Shown here in pieces: positions 23,654 through 35,743 of a DNA stretch of 64,000 nucleotides. The notes beneath the pieces were generated by a model. It searched no databases. It had not been told where the DNA came from and worked only from the letters and a program-made list of their open reading frames with translations. How positions within the stretch are numbered: the first letter of the stretch is position 1; every line of letters starts with the position of its first letter. Location: NCBI GenBank assembly GCA_951804945.1, contig OX638161.1, positions 48,174,001-48,238,000 on the forward strand, given 5' to 3'. Source of the DNA: Podarcis cretensis. Its lineage: Eukaryota. Position numbers and translations under genes: made by a program.

Positions 23654-25495
23654 TCATTTGAACTGAACTGGAGGCCCCTCGACTGACTTCAGGTCCAGTG
23701 TTGGACCATTTCGATCAGATACTCCCTGCTGATGTGGATAGATTCCTCCAAGTTGGTAGGCCCACCACCTGCCTCCTTGATCCATGCCCGTCTTGGCTGA
23801 TTAGGGCATGTCCAGATGTTGCGTGAACCCCCCTGGTTGAAATTATCAATTTGTCCCTTGACACGGGGACATTCCCAGGGGAACTGACGGAAGCAGTAGT
23901 GTGTCCACTCTTAAAGAAAACTTCATTAGATCCCTTAGACCTATCCAATTACCGCCCAGTTTCAAATATTCCATATCTGGGTAAGGTAATTGAGAGAGCG
24001 GTTGCTGAACAGCTTGGTAGGTTTCTGGAGGAAACATCGGCTTTAGATCCATTTCAGTCCGGTTTCTGTCCTGGTTTTGGGACCGAGACGGCTCTGGTTG
24101 CCCTAACAGATGATCTCTGTAGACAACTGGATCGAGGCGGGTCAGGACTACTGATCCTTTTAGATTTGTCAGCAGCCTTTGACATGGTCGATCACGATCT
24201 TCTAGACCACTGCCTCACAGACGTGGGGATACAGGGCATAGCCCGTAACTGGCTGTGCTCTTTTATCTCTGGTCGGGGACAGAGGGTGGCACTAGGGAGG
24301 GAAATGTCATCGCACCATTCCTTGGTGTGTGGAGTGCCGCAGGGCGCAATCCTCTCCCCAATGCTTTTTCACATTTTTATGCGCCCCCTTGCCCAGATTA
24401 TCCGGAGCTTTGGGCTGGGCTGTCACCAATATGCTGATGACACTCAGCTCTATCTGCTGATGGATGGCCACACAGACTCGGCCCCTTACACACTCACCAG
24501 ATGCTTGGGAGCTGTGGCTGGATGGTTTCGTGGGAGCCGATTGAAACTAAATCCTTCGAAGACAGAGGTCCTGTGGCTGGGTCAGGATGGCATGGGGATG
24601 AGGGAACAACTCCCTTCTCTTGTGGGGGCCCAATTAGTGCCATTGCCTTCCGTTAAGAGTTTGGGTGTAATACTTGACGCCTCCCTTTCCATGGAGGCAC
24701 AGGTTACAGCAACAGGCAAGGTGACATTTTTCCACCTTCGTCGCATCAAGCAGTTGGTCCCTTACCTTTCCCGTCCCGACCTGGCCACAGTGATCCATGC
24801 GACAGTCATCTCCAGGCTTGACTACTGTAATTCGCTCTATGCGGGGCTGCCCTTGAAGCTGACCCAGAAACTCCAGAGGGTGCAGAATGCTGCAGCGAGG
24901 CTCCTCACGGGGTCTCTGCCATGGGAGCATATTCACCCAGTGCTTTTCAAACTGCCCTGGCTCCTGGTAGAGTACAGGGTCAGATTTAAGGTGCTGCTTT
25001 TGACCTTTAAAGTCCTTCACGGCCTAGGACCCTCATACCTACGGGGCCGCCTCTCCCGGTATGCCCCACGGAGAGCCTCAAGGTCCATAAATAGCAACAC
25101 CCTAGTGGTCCCGGGCCCTAAGGAAGTTAGATTAGCTTCAACCAGAGCCAGGGCCTTTTCAACTCTGGCTCTGGCCTGGTGGAACGCTCTGCCTCATGAG
25201 ACCAGGCCCTGCAGGATCTGATTTCTTTCCGCAGGGCCTGTAAGACAGAGCTGTTCCGTCTGGCCTTTGACTTGGAGCCAATTTGATTTCCCCCCTCGCT
25301 TTCTTTTTTCCTTTCCTTCTCCTCCTGCGATGAGGCTACATTTTAATATTTTAATGTTTCGATATTTTAATGTTGTATTTTAATTTTGCTTTTAAGTTGT
25401 AATCATTCAACTTGTTTTTATTATTGCTTGTAAGCCACTCTGAGCCCAGCCTTGGCTGGGGAGGGCGGGGTATAAATATTATTATTATTATTGTT
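23654..25495 (+). mobile_element. L2 LINE, 5'-truncated, RT ORF 23851-25221
   Basis: NYRPVSNIPYLGK, LDLSAAFD, GVPQGAILSP, YADDTQLY, SRLDYCN motifs; L2-type 3' end with (TTA)n. Confidence 0.93.
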
Positions 25496-25575
25496 AAAAG
25501 CACTGTTACCATGAAAATATGTCCAAACAAAAGAGTTGGGGAGAGGCAAGGGATAGGGCCGCAGACCTTCTAGGT

Positions 25576-25711
25576 CAGTGATGGCCAAACGTGGTCCTCC
25601 AGCTGTTTTGGGACTACAATTCCCATCATCTCTGACCACTGGTCCTGTTAGCCAGGGATGATGGGACATGTAGTCCCAAAACAGCTGGAGGGCCAAGTTT
25701 GGCCATCACTG
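25576..25711. mobile_element. Palindromic hAT (Charlie-like) MITE
   Basis: TIR CAGTGATGGCCAAAC..GTTTGGCCATCACTG, 8-nt TSD TTCTAGGT; empty paralog at ~20320. Confidence 0.9.
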
Positions 25712-26388
25712 TTCTAGGTGCATTCCATGGACCCCCAGGGGCCCCAGACCCCTAATTGTGAAACAGGGCATGAAGCCATTGAAAGTTCATAAGACAGAGA
25801 TTGACCCAAGCACATATACACACATCTTTTTTATGAATCACGTGCAAAGAAGTTACATATAAAGAGTCACGCCATAGATCTTCCTCTAAGTTAAGCAATA
25901 CTTTATAGCAGACTGATCCAGGTAGAATGATATTTATTTGAGAATATGGATAAAGGATACACGCACAATTGATGAAATCACCATACCCAGATGATAAAAT
26001 AAGTGCAAAAATCAGGGGCAGACTGTTGTCTTTCAAATTTCAGTGGTGCCCTGGGTAAGCCCAAAATTTGGCAGCCCTCACCTCTCACCTTCCGTTCTGT
26101 TCAATTCACTATATCATAAGTGTCACATCCTGCGGCACCCCCTAGGGTTGGCACCCAGTGCAGCAAACCCAGTTGCCTGAAATTCACCTCTGCAAAAATC
26201 ACTATGACCCAAACCAGAACCAAAGTTGTCAATGTGCTGCTCTTTTTATCCTGAGCTGTATGTAAATAGTGACACAGCTTCCTGTTTAAAGGAGTCAAGC
26301 CCTCTTCTGCCCCAGCTCCATCCACACCTGCAACCCCTGTGTGACTGGGATCACTTTCAAGGCCACTTTTCCCAAAACAACTTGGGGA

Positions 26389-26837
26389 ATGATGTGTTTA
26401 CTTCAATTAGTTTGCTTTTTGGCAATATTCAGAGGTTATTGTTGTGTTGTTATTTCTTTGGCATGTAAGGAGACATGTATAGTTTGCTGATTGATGTTCA
26501 GGAAGCTTTATAATATTGCTTTCTTTACAGGCTTTCAATCAGCAGTTCGACTGCAGGAATCTGGAGGGGACATCAAAAGGCCTGGGGAGTCCCTCCATCT
26601 TTCATGCCAAGGCTCTGGCTTTACCTTCAGCAACTACTTCATGCACTGGGTGAGACAGGCTCCTGGGAAGGGACTGGAATGGGTTGCATGGATACACCAA
26701 AATAGTGGAGAAGTATACTATGCCAGCTCTATGAAAGGGCGCTTCGCCATCTCCAGGAACAACCCATCAAACATGTTGTATCTGCAAATGAACAACCTGA
26801 AACCCGAGGACACGGCTCTTTATTACTGTGCAGGAGA
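26389..26837 (+). CDS. IGHV: IGHV segment, family A subfamily 2, open ORF but nonamer lost
   Basis: Leader 26389-26434 ([15 protein letters not shown]), V exon 26531-26837 ([26 protein letters not shown]); CACAGTG 26838-26844, but AAAAGAAGT at the nonamer position. Confidence 0.9.
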
Positions 26838-27756
26838 CACAGTGAGAGGAAGTGAATCTGAAGGTTGAAAAGAAGTCTTGAGTCAAACTATTTTAAGAGT
26901 AAACGGAGGAGATTCATTAAAATATATCAAAGAATAGTATCTGCATTTCAAACAACCTGAACCAATTAACCAGGGCACAACGCACAGGCAGGTGAGTTTA
27001 ATCAATGGGGTTATAGAAACCCTCCCAATTCCTGACTAATCTGACAGCCACACGCTGTGATCACACAGCAAGGCTGGTCTCGTCTGTAGCACACAGCCAG
27101 AGGTTGAACTAACCTGTCTCTACCTACGTCTGTTCCCACAAACATAGTAAAGCCCACACTGCTAATTTCAGGTGTGTTGAGTTTTGCTCTTTCTCTCATT
27201 CATCATTTGCGTTTTTTTGAGATTATTATTAATATTCGGCACATTGAAGCCTTTGGATGAAGAAAAGCTCACTTTTGTATTGAAATAAAAAAACAACAAC
27301 CCCAAAACAAAAATGTGCTTCAAAAGCTTTACTTACAACACGTAACTTTAAAACAAATTTAAAAATAAATATGGGTTAAATAAATAATTAAATGTTGATC
27401 TGATGGGGGACGTTGAGAAGTTGTATCAGGATTCCCTTAAAGACAGCAGGTGTTTTTTAGTCCTAAGGAAAAGCAGGATATTCTGGGATCAAATCAGGAA
27501 ACAGGAGGGCTTTTGTAAATTCTTGACTGGAAAGCAAAACACTTGAAGGATCAGCAAGTCCTGTGTTTGGTATAAGGCTAAACAGATCTGCTCCATCAAA
27601 GCCCTGTGTTGCTCTTTTATTCTGAGCTGCATGTAAATAAAGAGGCAGATTCCTGTTTAAAGCAGCAGCACACTCTCTGCCCAGCCTACAGCCAGAGGTA
27701 GAACTGCTGAACCACTTCCCAGTCAGTTCCTCTCACAGAAAAATTGGGAGACAAAC

Positions 27757-28205
27757 ATGACACTTTGGCTTCAGTTTCTTTTTGTTTCAGCAGTTTTGGG
27801 AGGTAATTTTATTCCAGCTTTAAACAAAGATGACTTGTATAATGTAGGGCTTCATATTTAGCAGATCCTTTAAATATGGCTTTCCTCCTGTTCTAGGTGT
27901 CCAATCAGCAGTCCAGCTGGTAGAGTCTGGAGGGGGTGTCAAAAGGCCTGGAGAGTCCCTCCGCCTCTCCTGTCGAGCTTCTGGATTCACCTTCAGCAGC
28001 GATCCCATGAACTGGGTGCGACAGGCTCCTGGGACGGGACTGGAATGGGTTGCAAGAATCTGGTCTGATGGTAGTCAACAACATTATGTAGACTCAGTGA
28101 AAGGGCGCTTCACCATCTCCAGAAACAACCCTTCAAACATACTGTATCTGCAAATGAACAACCTGAAACCCGTGGACACGGCTCTATATTACTGTGCAAG
28201 AGAGA
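27757..28205 (+). CDS. IGHV: IGHV segment, family A, intact
   Basis: Leader 27757-27802, V exon 27897-28205 ([25 protein letters not shown]); RSS CACAGTG 28206-28212, 23 nt, CCAAAAACC. Confidence 0.95.
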
Positions 28206-28406
28206 CACAGTGAAAGGAAGTGAATCTGAAGCCAGCCAAAAACCTTCCTTTGCCAGTTGTCTGGACTGGTTCAGCTGCAGCCACAAGTAACTAAATGAAG
28301 AAGTTTGGTGAAGGAAGATATACTGAAAATAAATTGTACTGATTTTGTTGAGACAAATGAGCATCATGCTTAGTGTTCAAAATGGAATGCTCAGGGTCAC
28401 TTTCAT

Positions 28407-29006
28407 CAGGGGCATAGGAAGGGGGGGGCGCCCCAGGTTGCATCATGGAGGGGGGTGACAAATGATCAAGGAACAATTACTGCCCTACTAGGGCTGTTCA
28501 TAAAAAACTTTTTTTTGAAGATGCCTGCTCCAAATGTCTTATCTTACTACACTAGGGATTGTATAGCTATATATGAAATTTCATGCATATCAGTTAATAT
28601 CTTGACCCTCCTTCATTAAAATAGCTGTTTACCTGGCCATTTTCCTATGTCGTGAAGGCTGAAATTTCAATTCAGTGGAGCACTTACTGTTCGCAATCCT
28701 AACGCTGTGGAAAGCCATCTAATTAGACTTTAATTTGATTTTGACATGTTTTTAGGAGGTAATTTAATTATTGTTTGATTTTATACCAATGTTATGTAAC
28801 TGATGTTAGCCGCCCTGAGTCCGACTTCCGCTGGGGAGGGCGGGATATAAATCAAAATTTATCATTATTATCACTTCTTATTATTCCTTTGTAAGAAAAT
28901 ATGAAATAACATAAAACCATTTTTGCAGGGGGGGGGGGAATCAATGTGTGGGGGAGTGACAAGAAATTTTCTGCACCAGGTACCACCTCACCCTCCTACG
29001 CCTCTG
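28407..29006. mobile_element. Non-autonomous hAT element
   Basis: Imperfect TIRs CAGGGGCATAGGAAGG / CCCTCCTACGCCTCTG, exact 8-nt TSD ACTTTCAT. Confidence 0.8.
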
Positions 29007-29931
29007 ACTTTCATTTATTTATTTTTAATACTAATATCAAATTTCTACACTGCCTCTCATCCAAAAATTGCAAGATGGCTCACAATGGCAGAGGATGGCC
29101 CCAGCCAAGATAAGGGCTTGTAAAAATTCCTCTTCCTGCTTATTTCTGGTGGTGAGAAAGCAAGGAACCCATAAAAGGGTGTGTGTCGCTGGGAGGGCTT
29201 CTTTAAATGAAGGAACAGGTTCAGGCAGTGCTTTGAGCATATTCTCAGTTTAGATAATCTCTCTTTTCTTTTCTTTTTTAAACTCATTTTTATATGATTT
29301 TACCAATATAAAATTAGAACAATCCAAATACGTATCCATACATAGAGATTACTCTGAATCTCACAACTTCCCCCCACACTCTAGATGGGTCCTATTTCTA
29401 CATTTAAATATTCATATAATTCCATACGCTATATTTTAATTCAATCCAAATTATTCATGGTATTTGTTACATCACAAGCGGGATTAAAATCCTGCTAATC
29501 TTTCCATCTGTTTCCAGAGCTCTCCTAGATAACTAATATTATCAAATTTCTACACCACTGCTCATCCGAAAAGCACAGGATGGTTCACATTGACAGAGTG
29601 TGGCCCCAGCCAAGATGAGAACTTGTAAAAATTTCTCTTCCTGCTGCTTTCTGATAGTGGGAAAGCAAGGGACCCATAAAAGGGTGTGTGTGGCCCAGAT
29701 GACTTCTTTAAATGATGGACCCACTTCCCACTGGTGGAGGCAGTGCTCTGAGCATATTCTCAGTTTAGAGTATCTCTCTTTATCTGATTCCCACCACTAG
29801 ATGTAAAGTTGATGCAAATCCCTTTCTAAAAAGCTTTCTATTTAAATAGCTCTACCCACACCAAGTCTTCAGATCCTCAGCTGGACCAAATTAGTTGTCA
29901 ATCCAGAGAGAGGAGTTTCTCTCTGCAAACA

Positions 29932-30412
29932 ATGAAGGCCGCCTTTCTTTTCCTGTCTTTGTTAGCAGTGCCGCTGTGTGAGTATCTTCCAGATAAACAT
30001 TTTTTAAAAAATCAAATATTACAGATGCACAAATTGCATGGTAACGAAAGTCTTGTTGTTGTCCTTAGATGTCCACTGCAGTGTTCAAATTGTGGAATCT
30101 GGACCAAGGATAGTGAATTCTGGAGGGTCCCTGAGACTAACCTGCACTCTCAAAAATAATTTCTGGGAATGGGTTATTTCTGGGGATTCTGTCAAAAAAA
30201 ATTTCTGGGAATGGGTCCGATAGGCTCCCGGAAAAGGACTGGAATGGATGGGCCAGATCGACTGGGATAGCAGCAAATGGAGACTGGTCTACAGCCCATA
30301 TCTCCAAGGTCGAATCACTGTGACTGCTGATGCCTCCAGAAATACATATGACCTGGAGCTGAGATCTGTGACAGCTGCAGACACAGCTATATATTATTGT
30401 GCCCGCAGGACA
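29932..30412 (+). pseudogene. IGHV: IGHV family-B pseudogene (nonsense codon plus duplicated CDR1 motif)
   Basis: Leader 29932-29977, V exon from 30069; TAG at 30221-30223; RSS CACAATG 30413-30419, 23 nt, ACAAAAGGG. Confidence 0.93.
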
Positions 30413-30749
30413 CACAATGAGAAAAACCAAAGGAGAAACTGTACAAAAGGGTAGAGGCATCTTTTATTGCGTGAAGTGTAGGAGCAGCTCCTAAAATTCT
30501 TTCCATTTCTCACAAGGGGGCAGCAGTGATTTAAAGACTAAGAAGCCATTGACCACAACTGAAATAAAGTCTGAAATAAAGCCTTGTGTGGTGTTTTGTG
30601 GTTACAGCTGTGAAGCTGAGTATTTTTTTTCCTCAGCTGCCTCAACTTCACTGGCAGCATTCGAGTTTGATTCCCCAAGAGACATTTTCATAACTTTCTA
30701 TCCAGAACCAAAAAACCCCAGCTCACCATCATTTCCCAATCTATAGACT

Positions 30750-31565
30750 ATAATAATAAAAAAATAATAATAACAAATATTTTTTTATTTATACCCCACC
30801 CTTCCCGGTTCAGAAAACCGAGCTCAGGGCATCTAACAACAAATTTAAAACACTTAATTGTAAAAACAGCATAAAATACAGTATAAAACATGAATAACAA
30901 TAAAATTCAAAAATCAATTTGGGGAAAATCCATCTAATAAGCATTAGATAGCCTTCAGGGCTAGCTGGCTGTATTAGTCCTACTTGGGCCAGCGAGGAGG
31001 CCAGGGGAGAATTAGCTGTGGGTCTCAGAGCGGGTAATCTTCATAAAAGGGGAGGGGGAAGGAAGAGAAGGGAAATAAAAGATCAGTCTGAATTCAAATT
31101 AAAGGCCAGGGGGAATAGTTCTGTTTTAGAGGCCCAACGGAAGGAGATTAAATCCTGAAGGGCCCTAGTCTCATGGGGCAGAGCATTCCACCAGGTCGGA
31201 GCCATTACTGAAAAGGCCCCAGCCCTGGTAGAGGATAGTCTGACTTCCTGGGGGCCCGGGACATCTAAGCTATGGTTATTCATGGACCTTAAGGTCCTCT
31301 GTGGGGCATACCAGGAGAGGCGGTCCCGTAAATATGAGGGCCTAAGCCACAAAGGGCTTTAAAGGTCAAAACCAGCACCTTGAACCTGACCCTATACTCC
31401 ACTGGGAGCCAGTGCAACTGGTAAAGCACTGGGTGAATATGCTCCCATGGCAGGGACCCCATGAGGAGCTTCGCTGCAGCATTCTGCACCCACTGGAGTT
31501 TGTGGGACAGTTTCAAGGGCATCCCCGCATAGAACGAATTACAGTAGTCAAGCCTGAAGGTGACT
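30750..31565 (-). mobile_element. L2 LINE 3' fragment
   Basis: Minus ORFs QWVQNAAAKLL..LHWLPVEYRVRFK, similar to 23851-25221; tail near 30750-30800. Confidence 0.88.
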
Positions 31566-31719
31566 AGACAGAATTGCTATTCTATTCCATACATTCCAGC
31601 TCTGCGACACACAGAAAGGGGCAGACAAATCTGTGTAAATTTTTGTGTTAAAACTATGCTAATTCATATCTATAGATGCACATTCAGAAATCATAGAAAT
31701 AGAATTAATAGCACTATAG

Positions 31720-31855
31720 NNNNNNNNNNNNNNNNNNNNNNNNNNNNNNNNNNNNNNNNNNNNNNNNNNNNNNNNNNNNNNNNNNNNNNNNNNNNNNNNN
31801 NNNNNNNNNNNNNNNNNNNNNNNNNNNNNNNNNNNNNNNNNNNNNNNNNNNNNNN
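31720..31855. other. Assembly gap (N run)
   Basis: 136 N bases. Confidence 1.
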
Positions 31856-32125
31856 AATCTGCCTTCCTGCCTCATACTTTGAATGCATTTTTCCTCCTCA
31901 TAAATACAGGTCCACTATCTCTCAAGCTGTGTCTACTGTGTATGCGCAAAAAACAAAAGTTGCTAACGTGTTTCTCTTTTTATCCTGAGCTATATGTAAA
32001 TGCATGGACAGCTTCCTGTTCCACTGGGTCATAACGCTCTTTGAGCCCCATCTCCATCCAGAACCACAAGCACTGTGTGATTGACATCCCATTCCAAGCC
32101 ACTTTTCCCAAAGCAAGCAAAAGGA

Positions 32126-32588
32126 ATGATTCCTTTACTTCAATTAGTTTGTTTCCTGGCAGTCTTCAGAGGTCAATATTACTATTTAATTATCCTCTGG
32201 CATGCAAGGACACGCTTGCAGTTTATTGATTAGACATGAATCCATAAGATTAGCGCTTTATAATATCTCTTGCTTTACAGGTATTCAATCACAGTACCAA
32301 CTGGAGGTGTCAGGAGGTGACACTAAAAGACCTGGAGAGTCTCTCCGCCTCTCTTGTCGAGCTTCTGGCTTCGACTTCAGCAGCTACTGGATGAGCTGGG
32401 TGCGACAGGCTGCTGGGAAGGGACTAGAATGGGTGGCATGGATACGCTATGATAGTGGAGAAATATACTATGACAACTCTGTGAAAGGGCGCTTCACCAT
32501 CTCCAGAGACAACCCTTCAAACATGCTGTATCTACAAATGAACAGCTTGAAATCAGAGGACACAGCTATGTATTACTGTGCAAGCTTA
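32126..32588 (+). CDS. IGHV: IGHV segment, family A subfamily 2, open ORF, with 12-spacer RSS
   Basis: ATGTAAAT promoter, leader 32126-32171 ([15 protein letters not shown]), V exon 32281-32588 [27 protein letters not shown], both Cys and Trp conserved. Confidence 0.94.
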
Positions 32589-32616
32589 CACAGTGAGAGG
32601 AAGTCTGGCAAAAACA
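32589..32616 (+). other. 12-bp-spacer RSS
   Basis: CACAGTG + AGAGGAAGTCTG (12 nt) + GCAAAAACA (7/9 to ACAAAAACC); at 23-nt spacing the sequence is CTCTTCTTG. Confidence 0.85.
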
Positions 32617-33463
32617 GCCTCTTCTTGCTCATGGCAGTGCTCCAATTTGTTCCTGTAGGACACAACTGATGGTGGAAACGAGGAGCAGGGACATGAGTCA
32701 GGACATTAGAAGATGTTTGGACTTTTGAGACCAAGGCTCCACCTAATTCAGGCTTCTTTCCCCACACTGAATAGTCAGAATCTTCCGGAAAGCACAGCAG
32801 AAGAGGCAGGCAATGCCACCTCTATTCCCCTTGAGCATGAAGGGGAAAGTGCAGGTGGGCATACAGAGTGCATCTGTTCCTAGGTGAGGTGAGGTGAGGC
32901 AAATTGCCATGGCAGGTAGATAGATGTTGCAGCAGCATGTTAGCCAGTTTCAGGGAGAGAGAGGTGGACTGTTTCAATCCACTTTGCTCCAGAGTGCCCC
33001 TGTTTCCAACTTTGCAGTCCCACTTTCCTGCTTTGTGTGTATATGAAGCAATGTAGGACTTATTGTTCCTGGCACACCATCAGTGTAATGGACAGAAGGG
33101 GATAGTCATGTTAATTTGGTTGGAAATAAAACAGACCATTTTCTGACATGATGCCTGAACACTCAGAATTGAGCATAGCTGGGATAAATCAAGATCACTC
33201 TCATTTTTATTTTTCTACTCCACCCCTCATCTGAAAATTACAGGATGGCTCACATTGGTTTCAACCAGGTCCTTGACTAATGGATATTATACAGCCTTGT
33301 AGACGTTTTTGTGGGAGAGGGGGATTACTGGTTTTTTGCTTCTGTTTTGATCATTTATTTGTGCTTCTATCTTGTGAACCATCCTGAAATTTTATGATGA
33401 AGGGCAGTATATATTTTTTTAAAATAGATAGTTAGATTATAGATGATAGAAAGATAGATAGAT

Positions 33464-33500
<37 letters not shown>

Positions 33501-33751
33501 ATGTTGAACTGATAGGCGGATGTTGAGATGCTGCATTGGGATTCCCTTAGAAACAACAGGTATGGTGGGTGCCAGGGACCAATTCATTTTTGTTTGAGTT
33601 GATAATTTTATTCTAACAAGACTTCCACCCCAGGACTCACTTAACCTCTGTATGGGCCTGGTCCCAAGTCCACACCTTCCAACATTTCTCTGATGAAAAT
33701 AGGGATGTCCTAAGGAAAAGTGGAACATTCTGGGATCAAATAAGGAATAGG

Positions 33752-34111
33752 TGTCAGGGAAAGGGAGATGGCTAGAGAGACGAGGGGGGTGAGAAGTAAT
33801 TACCGAGAGTCTAAAGAGCTCATTAGCAGTCTGTCATCTGACTCAGAGGAAGAAATAGGGAGGGGGCAACAAGTCCCCAGAACTAGCTACTCACAGAACA
33901 AAGGAGTGCCCTGTACCGATGGGCATGCTGGGCAAAAAGATGTCACAAATCTTCAGTCGAGAATCTCAGAAATCTGACTGAGTTAAGCATGGACACGTTT
34001 GTTTGAACTCTTGTAACTGCTTTGAACTTTTAGTAATTAATCAACAAGACAGAAATGGCTGTGTGCCTGGAGTGTTATCTCTACTAGCTTGGCAGCAACA
34101 ACTCTCTTACA
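33752..34111. mobile_element. Solo LTR (probably Gypsy-type)
   Basis: TGTCAGGGA..TTACA, 360 nt, 5-nt TSD ATAGG. Confidence 0.8.
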
Positions 34112-34368
34112 ATAGGGATCGCTTTTAAACAGTAAATCTGGGACTGTCCCTGAAAAGTAGTGTCTGTAAGTCGTATGTTTGGTATAAGGCTAAACAGATC
34201 TGCTCAGTCAAAGACCTGCATTGCTCTTTTATCCTGAGCTGCATGTAAATGCAGAGGCAGCTTCCTCTTTAAAGCAGCAGCACACTCTCTGCCCAGCCTA
34301 CAGCCAGAGGTAGAACTGCTGAACCACTTTCCAGTCAGTTCCTCTCAGAGCAAAATTGGGAGACAAAC

Positions 34369-34813
34369 ATGACACTTTGGCTTCAGTTTCTTTTTGTTTC
34401 AGCAGTTTTGGGAGGTAATTTTATTCCTTCTTTGAACAAAGATGACTAGTATAATGTAGGGCTTCATATGTAGAAGATCTTTTAAATATGGCTCCCCCCT
34501 TTCTAGGTGTCCAGTCAGCAGTCCAGCTGGTAGAGTCTGGAGGGGATGTCAAAAGGCCTGGAGGGTCCCTCCGCCTCTCCTGTCGAGCTTCTGGATTCAC
34601 CTTCAGCAGCTATGAAATGAACTGGGTGCGACAGGCTCCTGGAAAAGGACTGGAATGGGTTGCAATAATATGGCCTGGTGGTAACCAACAATATTATGCA
34701 GACTCAGTGAAAGGGCGTTTCACCATCTCCAGAGACAACCCTTCAAACATGCTGTATCTGCAAATGAATAGTTTGAAATCAGAGGACACTGCTGTTTATT
34801 ACTGTACAAGAGA
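34369..34813 (+). CDS. IGHV: IGHV segment, family A, intact
   Basis: Leader 34369-34414, V exon 34507-34813 ([24 protein letters not shown]); perfect RSS 34814-34852. Confidence 0.97.
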
Positions 34814-35743
34814 CACAGTGAAAGGAAGTGAATCTGAAGCCAGACAAAAACCTTCCTTTGCTAGTTGTCTGGACTGGTTCAGCTGCAACCACAAAATATT
34901 ATATGAAGAAGTGTGGAGACGAAAGATAAATCGTATTGATTTTGTTGACACAAATGAGGCATGTCTATTGTTCAAAATGGAACACTCAGAGTAAGCCTAG
35001 GCTACATTCAGACACCACTTTATTCTATTTCTCCAGCAATTCATTTCCTGCTAAGTTCCACTTCTTATGTGATCTTTTATACAGTGCAAAATTCAATTCT
35101 GGTAATCAAGGAGAATCTTCTTGTTGTTTAGTACTCATTCCTATATTGATTGCTTCCATGAAATGTCTATTTGCATGTTTGCAACTCTGTTAGCTCAGAA
35201 GATTGTGGCAGATTTGAGCTATAATTTTCCCACTGTATTAATGGATTACATAATGTGATGAAATTTAGGGAAGAATTCTGAAATACCACTTTTTGTTCTT
35301 GATTGAATGATAAAGCAACAGAACCTTGCATGCACTTAAATTGTGGTTTCCAATGTTATCTGATGTTGTATCACACTGGCATGAATGAAATTTAGCATGG
35401 CATGGTTGTTTATTTATTTAAAAAGCTGCAGTCCCAAATGCAGCAGGAATATTAGAAACCAGGAAAAAAGCACCAGTTATCTAATTTGAACTTCCTGTAG
35501 TAGAACATCAGAACAAAAAGAAAATAAATGGGTTTCTGAACAAGAATAAACAAGAGATTTTATTCTTCACTTCTCAGTTATATAAACTTTTCACATATTG
35601 GTTTAGGTTACTTAGGATGTATGAACAAAACAAAATCTATTTGCATATATAGTAACAACCCAAGCGGAAGTCTTGAATAAGCCCCATGATATCCATTCCA
35701 TTAATACCACATTGGGAATATATATAAAAGGGCAGCTGATGCT

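Noticed and set aside
29030-29780. Apparent extra family-B upstream region
   Set aside because: Short local duplication (29030-29260 versus 29535-29775) separated by a T-rich L1-like 3' fragment; the first copy stops before the octamer, so there is no additional gene.
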